Assembly (NCBI GenBank): GCA_039586365.1
Contig: JBDHKN010000035.1
Coordinates: forward strand, 8,124-72,123
Source of the DNA: Gemmatimonadota bacterium
GTDB lineage: Bacteria; Gemmatimonadota; Gemmatimonadetes; Gemmatimonadales; GWC2-71-9
DNA length: 64,000 bases
Reading direction: 5' to 3'
Shown: positions 19,921 through 28,509 of the stretch, piece after piece
How positions within the stretch are numbered: position 1 is the stretch's first letter
How the letters are laid out: each line of letters opens with the position of its first letter
Notes under the pieces: generated by a model
What the model was told of the DNA's origin: nothing
Database searches by the model: none
Seen by the model: only the letters and a program-made list of their open reading frames with translations
Position numbers and translations under genes: made by a program

Positions 19921-22255
19921 TCAATTGCTCCTTGAGTCCTTTGAGCACGCGTTGCACGATTCGGTCAACTTCCTTGTCCTTGAGGGTCCGCTCCGGAGCC
20001 CTGAACACCAAGCGCCAGGCGACACTGCGTCCGGCGAGATCGTCGGCCCGGTACTCGTCGAACAACTCTACCCCCTCGAGTAGACCGCCGGCAGCCTCCC
20101 GCATCGAAGCCTCCACGTGTTCGGCTCGAACACCGGGCGGCAAGACCAGAGCGAGATCGCGCTCAACCGGTGGAGTCGCGGGTAGCGGTCGATAACGCGC
20201 ACCGCTCCCATCTGAGGATACGACGTCGAACTCGAACCCAAACAGCGGTGCGGCCCAAGCCGGACGCTCGGCCTGCAGGGCGCCAGCCCAAGCCCGCGTG
20301 TGCCCCTCAGCATCTACCTGGACCCACGCACCGTCTCGCCAGCTCAGCGCACCCGCTGGCCCACACGCGTTGCGGGCCTCTTCAAAAATATGCTTCAGAT
20401 CCCAAAGATCGTAATCGGCGGCCGGTGACCCTGACGACCAATGTGACGGGTTACGGGACCCCGATACGATCCCAGCCAACCGCAAGGTCTCTTGAGGTTG
20501 GACTCCAGGTCCCCGGGCCTCAAACACCGTTCCAATCTCAAACAGTCGAATATCGCGCTCCCGAACTGACCAATTGCGATCTGCTGCTCTTGCCAAGCCA
20601 TCCAGCAGAGATTCCCTCAGCCTCACTTCAGCCGCCGACATCGGATTGAGTATCGCCTGAGCGCGCTCGCCTCCGGTCGCCACCAACGAGATCGTACGGG
20701 CCTCGTTCATGCCAAGTTGGGTGAGCAGACGTCTGGCTCGGCCCTTCAAAGACTCCACCGGATCGTTTGGCACTGTGCTTGGTCTGAAGGGCCGCATCTC
20801 AACCGGGAACTCGTCGTAACCCTTGAGACGCGCTACCTCCTCAATAAGATCCACTTCACGAGTCACGTCGGGACGCCAGCCAGGCACCTGAACCGCCATC
20901 CGATCGTTCTTGGGGGCTACCACGAATCCGACGCTGACGAGATGCCGTTCTATCTCCTCGTTGGTCACAGGGGTGCCGAGCAGGTGCTCGACTCGTGCCG
21001 GACGCAGGAAGATCGAGCTGCTCTTCACAGGCTTGGGATATACATCCACGGCCGCTTCGATCTCTTTTCCCCCGGCCACGGCGCGAATCAGCGCCACCGC
21101 ACGACGCACCACATCGGGCATCGCATGAATGTCCAGTCCCCGCTCGAACCTGTAGGAGGCCTCAGTGTTCATCCGCAGCTTCTTCCGGGTCGCACGAATC
21201 CTCTTGCGATCGAAATGCGCGCACTCGAGAAGAACGTCGGTGGTAGCGTCGGACACCTCTGACTCAGCCCCACCCATGACCCCGGCAATAGCCGTGGGAC
21301 CTTCCCCGTCACAGATCAGTGTCATACCCGGCTCGAGCTCGCGCTTCTCGCCGTCGAGGGTCGTCATGTGCTCGCCAGGTAGCGCCGAGCGGATTACGAG
21401 CCTGCTGCCCCGAACCTTGGCGAGATCAAATGCGTGCAACGGTTGGTTCAGTTCGAATAGGATGTAGTTGGTCGCATCCACGACGTTGTTGATTGGTCGA
21501 GCACCGACGCTACGAAGCCGAGCCTGCAGCCAATTGGGCGACGGACCAATCTGAACTCCGCGGATCGCTGCAGCGATGTAGCGAGGACAGCCGGCGGGGT
21601 CTTCGACGATCACGTCTATTCCATCCACGCTGCCGGAACCCCTGGTCCGTCGCGGATTGCCACCTTCAGACGGGGCGCCAGGGATCGGCTCCAGACGCAC
21701 CACGCCGTGGTATGCCGCAGCCAACTCCCGCGCGACACCCTTGTGGCACAATAGGTCGGGTCGGTTTGCGGTCACATCAAGCTCTAGCCGCGTGTCTGCC
21801 AGACCCAGTGCCTCAGTCAGTTCTGTTCCAGGCTCGGCATCGACGTGAAGCTCCATGATGCCGGCGTGGTCCACACCCATTTCCAGCTCACGCTCCGACA
21901 GAAGCATACCATGCGACGTTACTCCACGGATCTTCCGGGACGTGAGCTTGAGCCCCCCCGGCAGCTCGAGGCCAACTGCCGCGTACGGATAGGTCTTCCC
22001 GGCCTGGACATTGGGTGCCCCACACACGACTTCGACTACCTTTGATCCGTCGTTCACCTGACAGACAGAAAGTCGGTCCGCATTTGGGTGCTGTGCGACG
22101 TGCTCGACCAATCCGACGACCACACCTTCGAGCCCTTGATATAAGGGCTCAACACTGTCCACGGGAGCTCCGAGCATTGCCAGCTTCTGCGCGGCTTCGG
22201 TGGGATCAATTTCCTGACCCAGCAGGCTTGCAAGCCAGTTGACGGAAACGTTCAT
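19898..22255 (-). CDS. pheT: Phenylalanine-tRNA ligase beta subunit
   Basis: HPNADRL, VCGAPN, TANRPD, FERG, DLIEEVAR, FDX-ACB C-terminus. Confidence 0.97.
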   Translation of the reverse strand: MNVSVNWLASLLGQEIDPTEAAQKLAMLGAPVDSVEPLYQGLEGVVVGLVEHVAQHPNADRLSVCQVNDGSKVVEVVCGAPNVQAGKTYPYAAVGLELPGGLKLTSRKIRGVTSHGMLLSERELEMGVDHAGIMELHVDAEPGTELTEALGLADTRLELDVTANRPDLLCHKGVARELAAAYHGVVRLEPIPGAPSEGGNPRRTRGSGSVDGIDVIVEDPAGCPRYIAAAIRGVQIGPSPNWLQARLRSVGARPINNVVDATNYILFELNQPLHAFDLAKVRGSRLVIRSALPGEHMTTLDGEKRELEPGMTLICDGEGPTAIAGVMGGAESEVSDATTDVLLECAHFDRKRIRATRKKLRMNTEASYRFERGLDIHAMPDVVRRAVALIRAVAGGKEIEAAVDVYPKPVKSSSIFLRPARVEHLLGTPVTNEEIERHLVSVGFVVAPKNDRMAVQVPGWRPDVTREVDLIEEVARLKGYDEFPVEMRPFRPSTVPNDPVESLKGRARRLLTQLGMNEARTISLVATGGERAQAILNPMSAAEVRLRESLLDGLARAADRNWSVRERDIRLFEIGTVFEARGPGVQPQETLRLAGIVSGSRNPSHWSSGSPAADYDLWDLKHIFEEARNACGPAGALSWRDGAWVQVDAEGHTRAWAGALQAERPAWAAPLFGFEFDVVSSDGSGARYRPLPATPPVERDLALVLPPGVRAEHVEASMREAAGGLLEGVELFDEYRADDLAGRSVAWRLVFRAPERTLKDKEVDRIVQRVLKGLKEQLSVELRQA

Positions 22256-22257
22256 TC

Positions 22258-23283
22258 CTATTCCAAGAATTGGCCCAAGAAACGCATATCATTGTCGAAT
22301 AGCAGCCGGATGTCCGGTATGCCGTACCGGTGCATCGCGATGCGGTCCGGACCCATACCGAACGCGTAGCCACTGTAACGTTCCGAATCGATGCCGCAGT
22401 TCTCCAGTACCGCTGGATGGACCATACCAGCACCCATGATCTCGATGTAGCCGCTGTTCTTACAGGTCGAGCATCCGCTTCCGTTACAGACGTGACATTG
22501 CACGTCAACCTCCGCCGAGGGCTCAGTGAACGGGAAGAACGACGGTCGAAAGCGCTCTTTGGTGTCCGCACCAAAAAACCGCTTCACGAAGAAATCGATG
22601 GCTGCCTTGAAGTCGACGAAACTGACGCCTTCGTCTACCACGAGGCCCTCGATTTGCTCAAACACGGGTGAGTGTGAGGGATCCCAAGCGTCTCGTCGAT
22701 ACACGCGGCCGGGCACCAAGATGCGGACGGGTGGTTTGAACCGCTCCAACGTTCTCGCCTGCATCGGTGATGTGTGCGTTCGGAGCACTATACCGGGTGT
22801 GAGGTAGAAAGTGTCCTGCATGTCGGCAGCAGGATGATCCAACGCAATGTTGAGCTTGGTAAAGTTGTAGTCCTCGGTCTCGGCTTCCGGGCCCACTACC
22901 CGCGTGAATCCGAGTTCTTTGAATACGTCGCAGATCTCATCAACCACCGCCGTCACCGGGTGGACGGCCCCGCGCCAAGTCGAACGTGCCGGCATGGACG
23001 GGTCGAGTTGGCTAACCTCCGTCGCCAGCGCTGCCAGTTCCCCCTCTCTGTCGGCTAAGGCTCGCTCGATACTGCGTTTCACCTCATTAGCTCGTATCCC
23101 CACGGAGCGACGTTCTGCAACGGGCATCTCATTCAGGGAACGCAGCACCACGGTCAGCACGCCAGCTTTGCGGCCCAACAGCTCGGTGCGCAACTCAGCT
23201 AGACGTGCGGAGTCCGCCCTGGCAACTTCGTCCACGGCGTTCAGTGCCTTTTCGAGGTGATCGTATACGGTCGGATCTGACAT
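22258..23283 (-). CDS. pheS: Phenylalanine-tRNA ligase alpha subunit
   Basis: HPAADMQDTF, LRTHTS, FRPSFFPFTEPS, GYAFGMG. Confidence 0.97.
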   Translation of the reverse strand: MSDPTVYDHLEKALNAVDEVARADSARLAELRTELLGRKAGVLTVVLRSLNEMPVAERRSVGIRANEVKRSIERALADREGELAALATEVSQLDPSMPARSTWRGAVHPVTAVVDEICDVFKELGFTRVVGPEAETEDYNFTKLNIALDHPAADMQDTFYLTPGIVLRTHTSPMQARTLERFKPPVRILVPGRVYRRDAWDPSHSPVFEQIEGLVVDEGVSFVDFKAAIDFFVKRFFGADTKERFRPSFFPFTEPSAEVDVQCHVCNGSGCSTCKNSGYIEIMGAGMVHPAVLENCGIDSERYSGYAFGMGPDRIAMHRYGIPDIRLLFDNDMRFLGQFLE

Positions 23284-23298
23284 GGTTACCCGACCCGC

Positions 23299-23652
23299 CT
23301 AGAGGCTCTTCTTCGCGACCTCCGCAAGCTCACTGAAGGCCGCTGGGTCACGCACTGCCAGGTCGGCCAGCATCTTGCGGTTGATCTCGACCCCCGCCTT
23401 CTTCAGACCGGCGATGAAGTGGCTGTAGGAGAGGTCGTGAAACCGCGCGGCCGCATTGATCCGTACGATCCACAACTGGCGGAAGTCCCGCTTCTTGCGG
23501 CGCCGATCCCGATATGCATACCGGAGACCGCGCTCGACCGTTTCCTTGGCGGACTTGTAAAGCTTGCTTCGTCCTCCGCGCGCTCCCTTTGCCGCCTGCA
23601 TGATCTTCTTCTTACGCTTGAGGCGCGCGACGGCGCTCTTGACTCTTGGCAT
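23299..23652 (-). CDS. rplT: 50S ribosomal protein L20
   Basis: MPRVK...[24 protein letters not shown]. Confidence 0.98.
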   Translation of the reverse strand: MPRVKSAVARLKRKKKIMQAAKGARGGRSKLYKSAKETVERGLRYAYRDRRRKKRDFRQLWIVRINAAARFHDLSYSHFIAGLKKAGVEINRKMLADLAVRDPAAFSELAEVAKKSL

Positions 23653-23658
23653 CTTGTC

Positions 23659-23853
23659 TTAAGCCTCCAAGAGCCGCTTTATCCGAGACTCGTCCGCACT
23701 CGAGACAAGCGTGCCCTTCCGCAGGTTTCTCTTCCGCTTCGGATGCTTCTTTGTGAGTATGTGGCTCTTGTAGGCCTTGAAGCGCTTCACCCTCCCCTTG
23801 GCGGTCAGCCGGAATCGCTTCTTAGCACCGGAGTTGGTCTTTTGTTTTGGCAT
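23659..23853 (-). CDS. rpmI: 50S ribosomal protein L35
   Basis: [14 protein letters not shown]...HILTKK. Confidence 0.97.
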   Translation of the reverse strand: MPKQKTNSGAKKRFRLTAKGRVKRFKAYKSHILTKKHPKRKRNLRKGTLVSSADESRIKRLLEA

Positions 23854-23941
23854 CTCGGTTACTTCCTGACACTCTAATTCGGCTACCCTCACCAATCCCG
23901 GAATGGATGGCAAGGGACGGTTACCTCTCCACCTCTCACTA

Positions 23942-24032
23942 CTAACCACTAACTGCTGACTGCTAACTGCTGACCACCAACCGCCGACCGCGGCCGCCTA
24001 ACCGCTCCCTGTTCCCTGCTCTCCGTTCCCCA
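23942..24032. repeat. Degenerate 7-bp tandem repeats
   Basis: CTAACCA CTAACTG CTGACTG CTAACTG CTGACCA CCAACCG... then CTCCCTG TTCCCTG CTCTCCG between infC and rpmI. Confidence 0.75.
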
Positions 24033-24035
24033 TAC

Positions 24036-24572
24036 TCACTTCGGCGCCAGCACCATCGTCATGTTGCGGCCTTCTAGTTTCGGCTCAACCTCGATCTTCC
24101 CGACGTCCTCGACCTCACGGTAGGCACGCATCAAGACTTCTTGTCCCAGCTCGGGATGGGTAACCTGCCGCCCGCGGAACATCATCGTCAGCTTCACTTT
24201 GTTCCCATCCTGCAGGAACTTGCGCGCGTGCCGGGTCTTGAACTCAAAGTCATGATCGCTGATCCCCGGCCGATACTTCACCTCCTTGAGGTGGATAACG
24301 TGTTGCTTCTTCTTGGCTGCGCGCGCCGCCTTGGCCTGTTCAAACCGATATTTCCCATAGTCCATCACCTTCACAACCGGTGGGCGCGCACCGGGAGCAA
24401 CTTCCACGAGGTCCAGGCCACGTTCGGCGGCGGTACGCTGTGCTTCCTCTACTGGGACAATCCCAACCTGCTCACCGTCGGCGTCGATCAGCCGTACTGG
24501 ACTGATCCTTATCTGCTCGTTTACCCGGACGCGCTGCTCCTCTTTGTCGTTGCGGACGTTACGTACGGTCAG
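24036..24572 (-). CDS. infC: Translation initiation factor IF-3 (probable CTG start)
   Basis: RVNEQIR, DLVEVAPGARPPVVKVMDYGKY, KEVKYRP, FRGR; infC-rpmI-rplT order. Confidence 0.97.
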   Translation of the reverse strand: MTVRNVRNDKEEQRVRVNEQIRISPVRLIDADGEQVGIVPVEEAQRTAAERGLDLVEVAPGARPPVVKVMDYGKYRFEQAKAARAAKKKQHVIHLKEVKYRPGISDHDFEFKTRHARKFLQDGNKVKLTMMFRGRQVTHPELGQEVLMRAYREVEDVGKIEVEPKLEGRNMTMVLAPK

Positions 24573-24589
24573 TGAGGCCACCTCCTCCC

Positions 24590-24750
24590 GAAAATGTTCA
24601 ACAAAAAAGCGGCTCCAGGTTCACCGGAGTCCGCCATGGCCGAAACCGGCCATACTGACCTTTCCTGAGAACCCTAAACGCACACGCGGACCTAACCGGT
24701 GGCAATAGGGTGAAGCGCTCACGCGCTTGCTTTCCTATTATTTCAGTTCC
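24590..24750 (-). promoter_or_regulatory. Structured leader with terminator upstream of infC (candidate L20-leader-type attenuator)
   Basis: Minus strand: hairpin ATGGCCG-GTTT-CGGCCAT, then GCGGACTCCGG-TGAA-CCTGGAGCCGC followed by TTTTTT just before the infC RBS. Confidence 0.55.
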
Positions 24751-24754
24751 CAAG

Positions 24755-25705
24755 CTACGCTGGGCCCGGAACAGTGTCAAGGACCTTGCAGGCAAACGAC
24801 TTAGAGTCCCGCTCAACCCTGCCCGATACCACTTCGGGATCGTGCTCGAAGAACATTGACCACCCCTCGACCTCGGCCCTTGCGAGTAAGGCACGCTTGG
24901 TCTCCAACGTCACCATGGGCTCGAGGTCGTACCCCATGATCCAAGGAAGTGGAATGTGAGCCGCAGTCGGAACTAGGTCACCCACGAAACAGACTGTTTC
25001 CCCGGCTTTCGTTATGAGCACTGACTGGTGGTGGGGCACGTGCCCGGGGGTGGGGATCAGCTCTATGCCCGGCAAGACCTCTGCCCGACCGTCAACCAGC
25101 TGCCACCGCCCGGCTGCTGTCACGGGATCGAAGTTCGGCGCGAGATAGCTAGCAGCCGTGCGCTCGTTGGTCTTCAGCGCGAAATCGAGTTCGCCCCGCT
25201 GTACCACATAGGTGGCGTTGGGAAAGGCGAGTCGGATCTCCTTTGCCCCGTCTGCCCCCGAGCCTTGGTGCTGTGAGCGGGCAGGATCAGCTGCCACGCT
25301 ACCGCCCCGCCGCTCGATGGATGTATTCCCGCCAGCATGGTCGAAATGCAGATGGGTATTGATAACCCAACGAACTTCCTCCGGCTCCACACCAGCTTCC
25401 CGCAGCGCGTCTTCGAGTTGCGTCGGCCCGACGGCACCGCTGTTCTCGACCCCGTAGATCCCGAGGAACTTCCCGCTCTGCTTGTTGCCGATTCCGGTGT
25501 CGATCAGAACCGGCCCCGCGTCGTGCTCGACCAGCAGGCATCGCAGGGCCAGCGGAATGCGATTCAGCTCGTCGGGTTGTATGCGCTCCGCCCAGAGTAG
25601 CTTGGGAACGACACCAAACATCGCACCGCCGTCGAGATGCTGTCGCCCGGCCTCCAGAGCATGACACCGCATGGTTCCGACGTTGAACGACTTGATCAGC
25701 GTCAC
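24755..25705 (-). CDS. MBL-fold metallo-hydrolase (YtnP-like)
   Basis: LDGGAMFGVVPK, THLHFDHAGG, TPGHVPHH, GDL, MGYD, FEHDP. Confidence 0.92.
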   Translation of the reverse strand: MTLIKSFNVGTMRCHALEAGRQHLDGGAMFGVVPKLLWAERIQPDELNRIPLALRCLLVEHDAGPVLIDTGIGNKQSGKFLGIYGVENSGAVGPTQLEDALREAGVEPEEVRWVINTHLHFDHAGGNTSIERRGGSVAADPARSQHQGSGADGAKEIRLAFPNATYVVQRGELDFALKTNERTAASYLAPNFDPVTAAGRWQLVDGRAEVLPGIELIPTPGHVPHHQSVLITKAGETVCFVGDLVPTAAHIPLPWIMGYDLEPMVTLETKRALLARAEVEGWSMFFEHDPEVVSGRVERDSKSFACKVLDTVPGPA

Positions 25706-26547
25706 AACGTGTCCGTCGATCGGGGAAGTGCACTTCGTTTGCGGGACCGGAGCCGTCCCAGTCTGCGGAGGTCATCAAGTGTGACTGCGCCGCGATCCCG
25801 GGCCAGATCTAGCAGCCGCTGTAGCGCTCTCGCTGTCGCGAGCGCATCGTCGGCGGCACGATGCCTGTTGGCAATCTCGATGCCGAAATACGCCGCCACG
25901 CTATCGAGATTCCGGGACCGCAGACCGGGAAGGAGTCGGCGTGCAAGATCGACAGTGCATAGGCGCGGCCCCTCCAGCACCACGTCACGCGCAGAGCGCA
26001 TCTCTCGTGCTAAGAAGAGCCAGTCGAACCTGACATTGTGCGCCACGAACACTCGCCCTGCCAACGCTGCCAGCACATCGTCGGCAAGCTCGCTGAACGT
26101 GGGTTTGCCACGCACCATGGACTCGGTGATCCGGGTCAAAGCGCTGGTAAACCGAGGTATCGGCCGTTCCGGGTTCACCAGTGACTGGCAGACAGTCTCG
26201 ATGTTCGATCCGACAAGCGCGATGATGGCGATCTCGACTATGCGATCACCGCCGCCTGGCCGCGTGCCCGTGGTCTCAAGGTCTACCACGGCAAAGGCGC
26301 AGTCACTCAACCTCGGCGAGCCGAGCTTTACCTGGGCAAGTGCCCACCGTCCATCACTCAGCCGCTGAATCCGCGGATCCGCCCCTAGTAACGCCACTGC
26401 GACCCGTTCCGCGACCAACGTGGGGACCTTGCCAAGTCCTATCACGTCTCGAGCTAGGCTCGCACTCTCCACCGGTCCGGAGGATAAGTGCTCGATGGCA
26501 CGATCCACTAGGGTACCTCCGGGATGACTGATGATCCCGTGAGACAC
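25702..26547 (-). CDS. DEDDh 3'-5' exonuclease (DnaQ/PolC-epsilon-like)
   Basis: VVDLETTG, VAHNVRFD, HRAADDA. Confidence 0.92.
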   Translation of the reverse strand: MSHGIISHPGGTLVDRAIEHLSSGPVESASLARDVIGLGKVPTLVAERVAVALLGADPRIQRLSDGRWALAQVKLGSPRLSDCAFAVVDLETTGTRPGGGDRIVEIAIIALVGSNIETVCQSLVNPERPIPRFTSALTRITESMVRGKPTFSELADDVLAALAGRVFVAHNVRFDWLFLAREMRSARDVVLEGPRLCTVDLARRLLPGLRSRNLDSVAAYFGIEIANRHRAADDALATARALQRLLDLARDRGAVTLDDLRRLGRLRSRKRSALPRSTDTL

Positions 26548-26965
26548 TAGAGGTCGCCTCTCCGTGTGGCAACAGTCATGCGCAGTGGTCCGCCGCCAAC
26601 GCGGAGGATTTCAGCACCCTCCACCGTGATGACGGCTCTCTGCCCCCCGCTATTTGCGGTTCATCGGTAGGGAGATTGGCAGCTGGCACGACGCTCAAAC
26701 CGGCATGCTCGAAATAATCGAGTGTCCTCGCATTCACCCGAATATCCGACCACCTAACCCGGCCGAATCGCAGACATTTTGCACCCTGATCCCCACTGGT
26801 CCCACTTCTGCACACCGCAGCGCCTGGCGGACTGGAAATCGACGCGATCGTCGTACAGATATGCCCTTCTGGCTCCGAGTGTGACAGCGAGGAGTTCGTG
26901 CCCGGGGTGCGTTCCAAGACGGCCCGGGGCGGGCCGATCTCTGACGTAACATGCACTGATGGCAT
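26547..26965 (-). pseudogene. arcA: Arginine deiminase remnant (frameshifts and a large internal deletion)
   Basis: Pieces in different frames: MPSVHVTSEIGP.RAVL / HPGHELLAVT...YLYDD / NARTLDYFEHAG / VEGAEILRVGGGPLRMT..RRGDL*; only 419 nt against about 1.2 kb for an intact gene. Confidence 0.8.
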
Positions 26966-26973
26966 GTGCCAAT

Positions 26974-27594
26974 CTAGCGATTGCGCAGCGCGTAACTCAA
27001 CGTTTCCAATTCGAGGGCCATGTTCACGTTCTTGACCACCACTTCGTCGGGGTGCGACACCTGAACCGGCGCAAAATTCAAAATGGCCTTGATCCCAGTA
27101 GTGACGATACGATCCACCAGCGACTGCACCGCACACGCTGGAGTGGCAACAATGGCGATATCTGCTGGCTCCCGTGCCAGATCCGCCTCGATATTGCGCT
27201 CATCCTGCACCTGCAGTCCGTCCAAGCTGACACCTACTTTGTCCCTGTCATTGTCGTACAACAGCACGATGTGGAAGCCACGACTGACGAATCCCTGGTA
27301 GCCGACCAGCGCTCGACCGATCTTGCCCGCTCCAATGACGACTACCCGATAGGGCCGGTCCAATCCCAGTATGTCCCGCAGCTGAGCAATCAGCTCCGGA
27401 ACCGAGTACCCCAATCCCCTCTTGCCGAAAGAACCAAAGAAGGAAAGATCCTTGCGCACCTGAGCTGGAGTGGTGTGTCCCTGGCCGGCCAACTCCTGGG
27501 AACTCACGGTACCCTTCCCTCGGGTTGCGAATTCCTCCAGCAGCCTGAGGTAGACGGACAATCTCCGAACCGTGGACTCCGCGATCCTTCCCAT
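26974..27594 (-). CDS. rex: Redox-sensing transcriptional repressor Rex
   Basis: TVRRLSVYLR, QVRKDLSFFGSFGKRGLGY, GAGKIG, ILNFAP. Confidence 0.97.
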   Translation of the reverse strand: MGRIAESTVRRLSVYLRLLEEFATRGKGTVSSQELAGQGHTTPAQVRKDLSFFGSFGKRGLGYSVPELIAQLRDILGLDRPYRVVVIGAGKIGRALVGYQGFVSRGFHIVLLYDNDRDKVGVSLDGLQVQDERNIEADLAREPADIAIVATPACAVQSLVDRIVTTGIKAILNFAPVQVSHPDEVVVKNVNMALELETLSYALRNR

Positions 27595-27600
27595 GGGGGT

Positions 27601-27618
27601 TTGTGAAAGATTTCACAA
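27601..27618. promoter_or_regulatory. Rex operator
   Basis: TTGTGAA-AGAT-TTCACAA, an exact match to the Rex consensus, 6 nt upstream of the rex ATG. Confidence 0.92.
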
Positions 27619-27642
27619 CATATCCCATGCAGGGCCTGAGCG

Positions 27643-28509
27643 TCAACGCGGTACAGCCCGGAACAGGCTCACAAAGATGGGGGGTGACAACATCTCCGGC
27701 CGCGCTGTGGGGTCGATTCCCAACCCGATCAGGATCTCTTCGCAATCCTGCCGGCTCAAATTGACCAGCGAACGAAGGCTGCCCCGGAGCTGCTTTCTCC
27801 GGCGGGCAAAGAGCGCCGTCACAAAGCGGCGGAAAGGTTGCTGTTCCTCATCTTGCAGCAGCACTTCCGTTCTCGGCCTGATCCGAACCACCACTGAGTC
27901 AACTTTCGGCGGCGGATGGAACGAACCCGGCTTGACGTTCAGTACTCTGTCAGCCTCGGCTAGAGATTGAACTCCCACAGACAGGGCCCCGTACGTCCTC
28001 GAGCCCGGTACGGCCAACATACGTTCAGCGACTTCCCGCTGCAGCAAGAACACGGTGACACTCGGACGTGGTGGGGTCAGAGCTTTCTCAATCAATGGGG
28101 ATGAGGCGTAGTAGGGGATGTTGCCGATAACCTTGAACGATGTGAGCAGCGAACCTCGAGCGGCGACCGGATCTGGCAGCAGAGAAACCCAGTCAAGCTG
28201 CAATGCGTCACCCGCGACAACGGTCACATTGTCTGGTAGCGGCGGAGCGTCTCGGCATCCTTCCTGTCTGGCGGCGGCGACCTGCTCCCCTGCCCCGGCT
28301 CTCCGCTCTCCCCTCAGTTCGGCAACCAGCGCCTTGTCGCGCTCGATTGCGAGTACTCGACCTACTAGCGGGGCAAGCCTCCGTGTGAGGCTCCCCCTTC
28401 CCGGGCCCACTTCGATCACCAGATCTTCTGAACAAGGTTCCAGAGCGGCGACGATCCGGTCGAGGATCGCCGGATCAGTCAAGAAATGCTGTCCGAGTCT
28501 CCGGCCCAC
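27643..28509 (-). CDS. rsmA: 16S rRNA m6,2A1518/1519 dimethyltransferase
   Basis: LGQHFL, EVGPGRG, GNIPY, QREVAER, FHPPPKVDS. Confidence 0.96.
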   Translation of the reverse strand: MGRRLGQHFLTDPAILDRIVAALEPCSEDLVIEVGPGRGSLTRRLAPLVGRVLAIERDKALVAELRGERRAGAGEQVAAARQEGCRDAPPLPDNVTVVAGDALQLDWVSLLPDPVAARGSLLTSFKVIGNIPYYASSPLIEKALTPPRPSVTVFLLQREVAERMLAVPGSRTYGALSVGVQSLAEADRVLNVKPGSFHPPPKVDSVVVRIRPRTEVLLQDEEQQPFRRFVTALFARRRKQLRGSLRSLVNLSRQDCEEILIGLGIDPTARPEMLSPPIFVSLFRAVPR

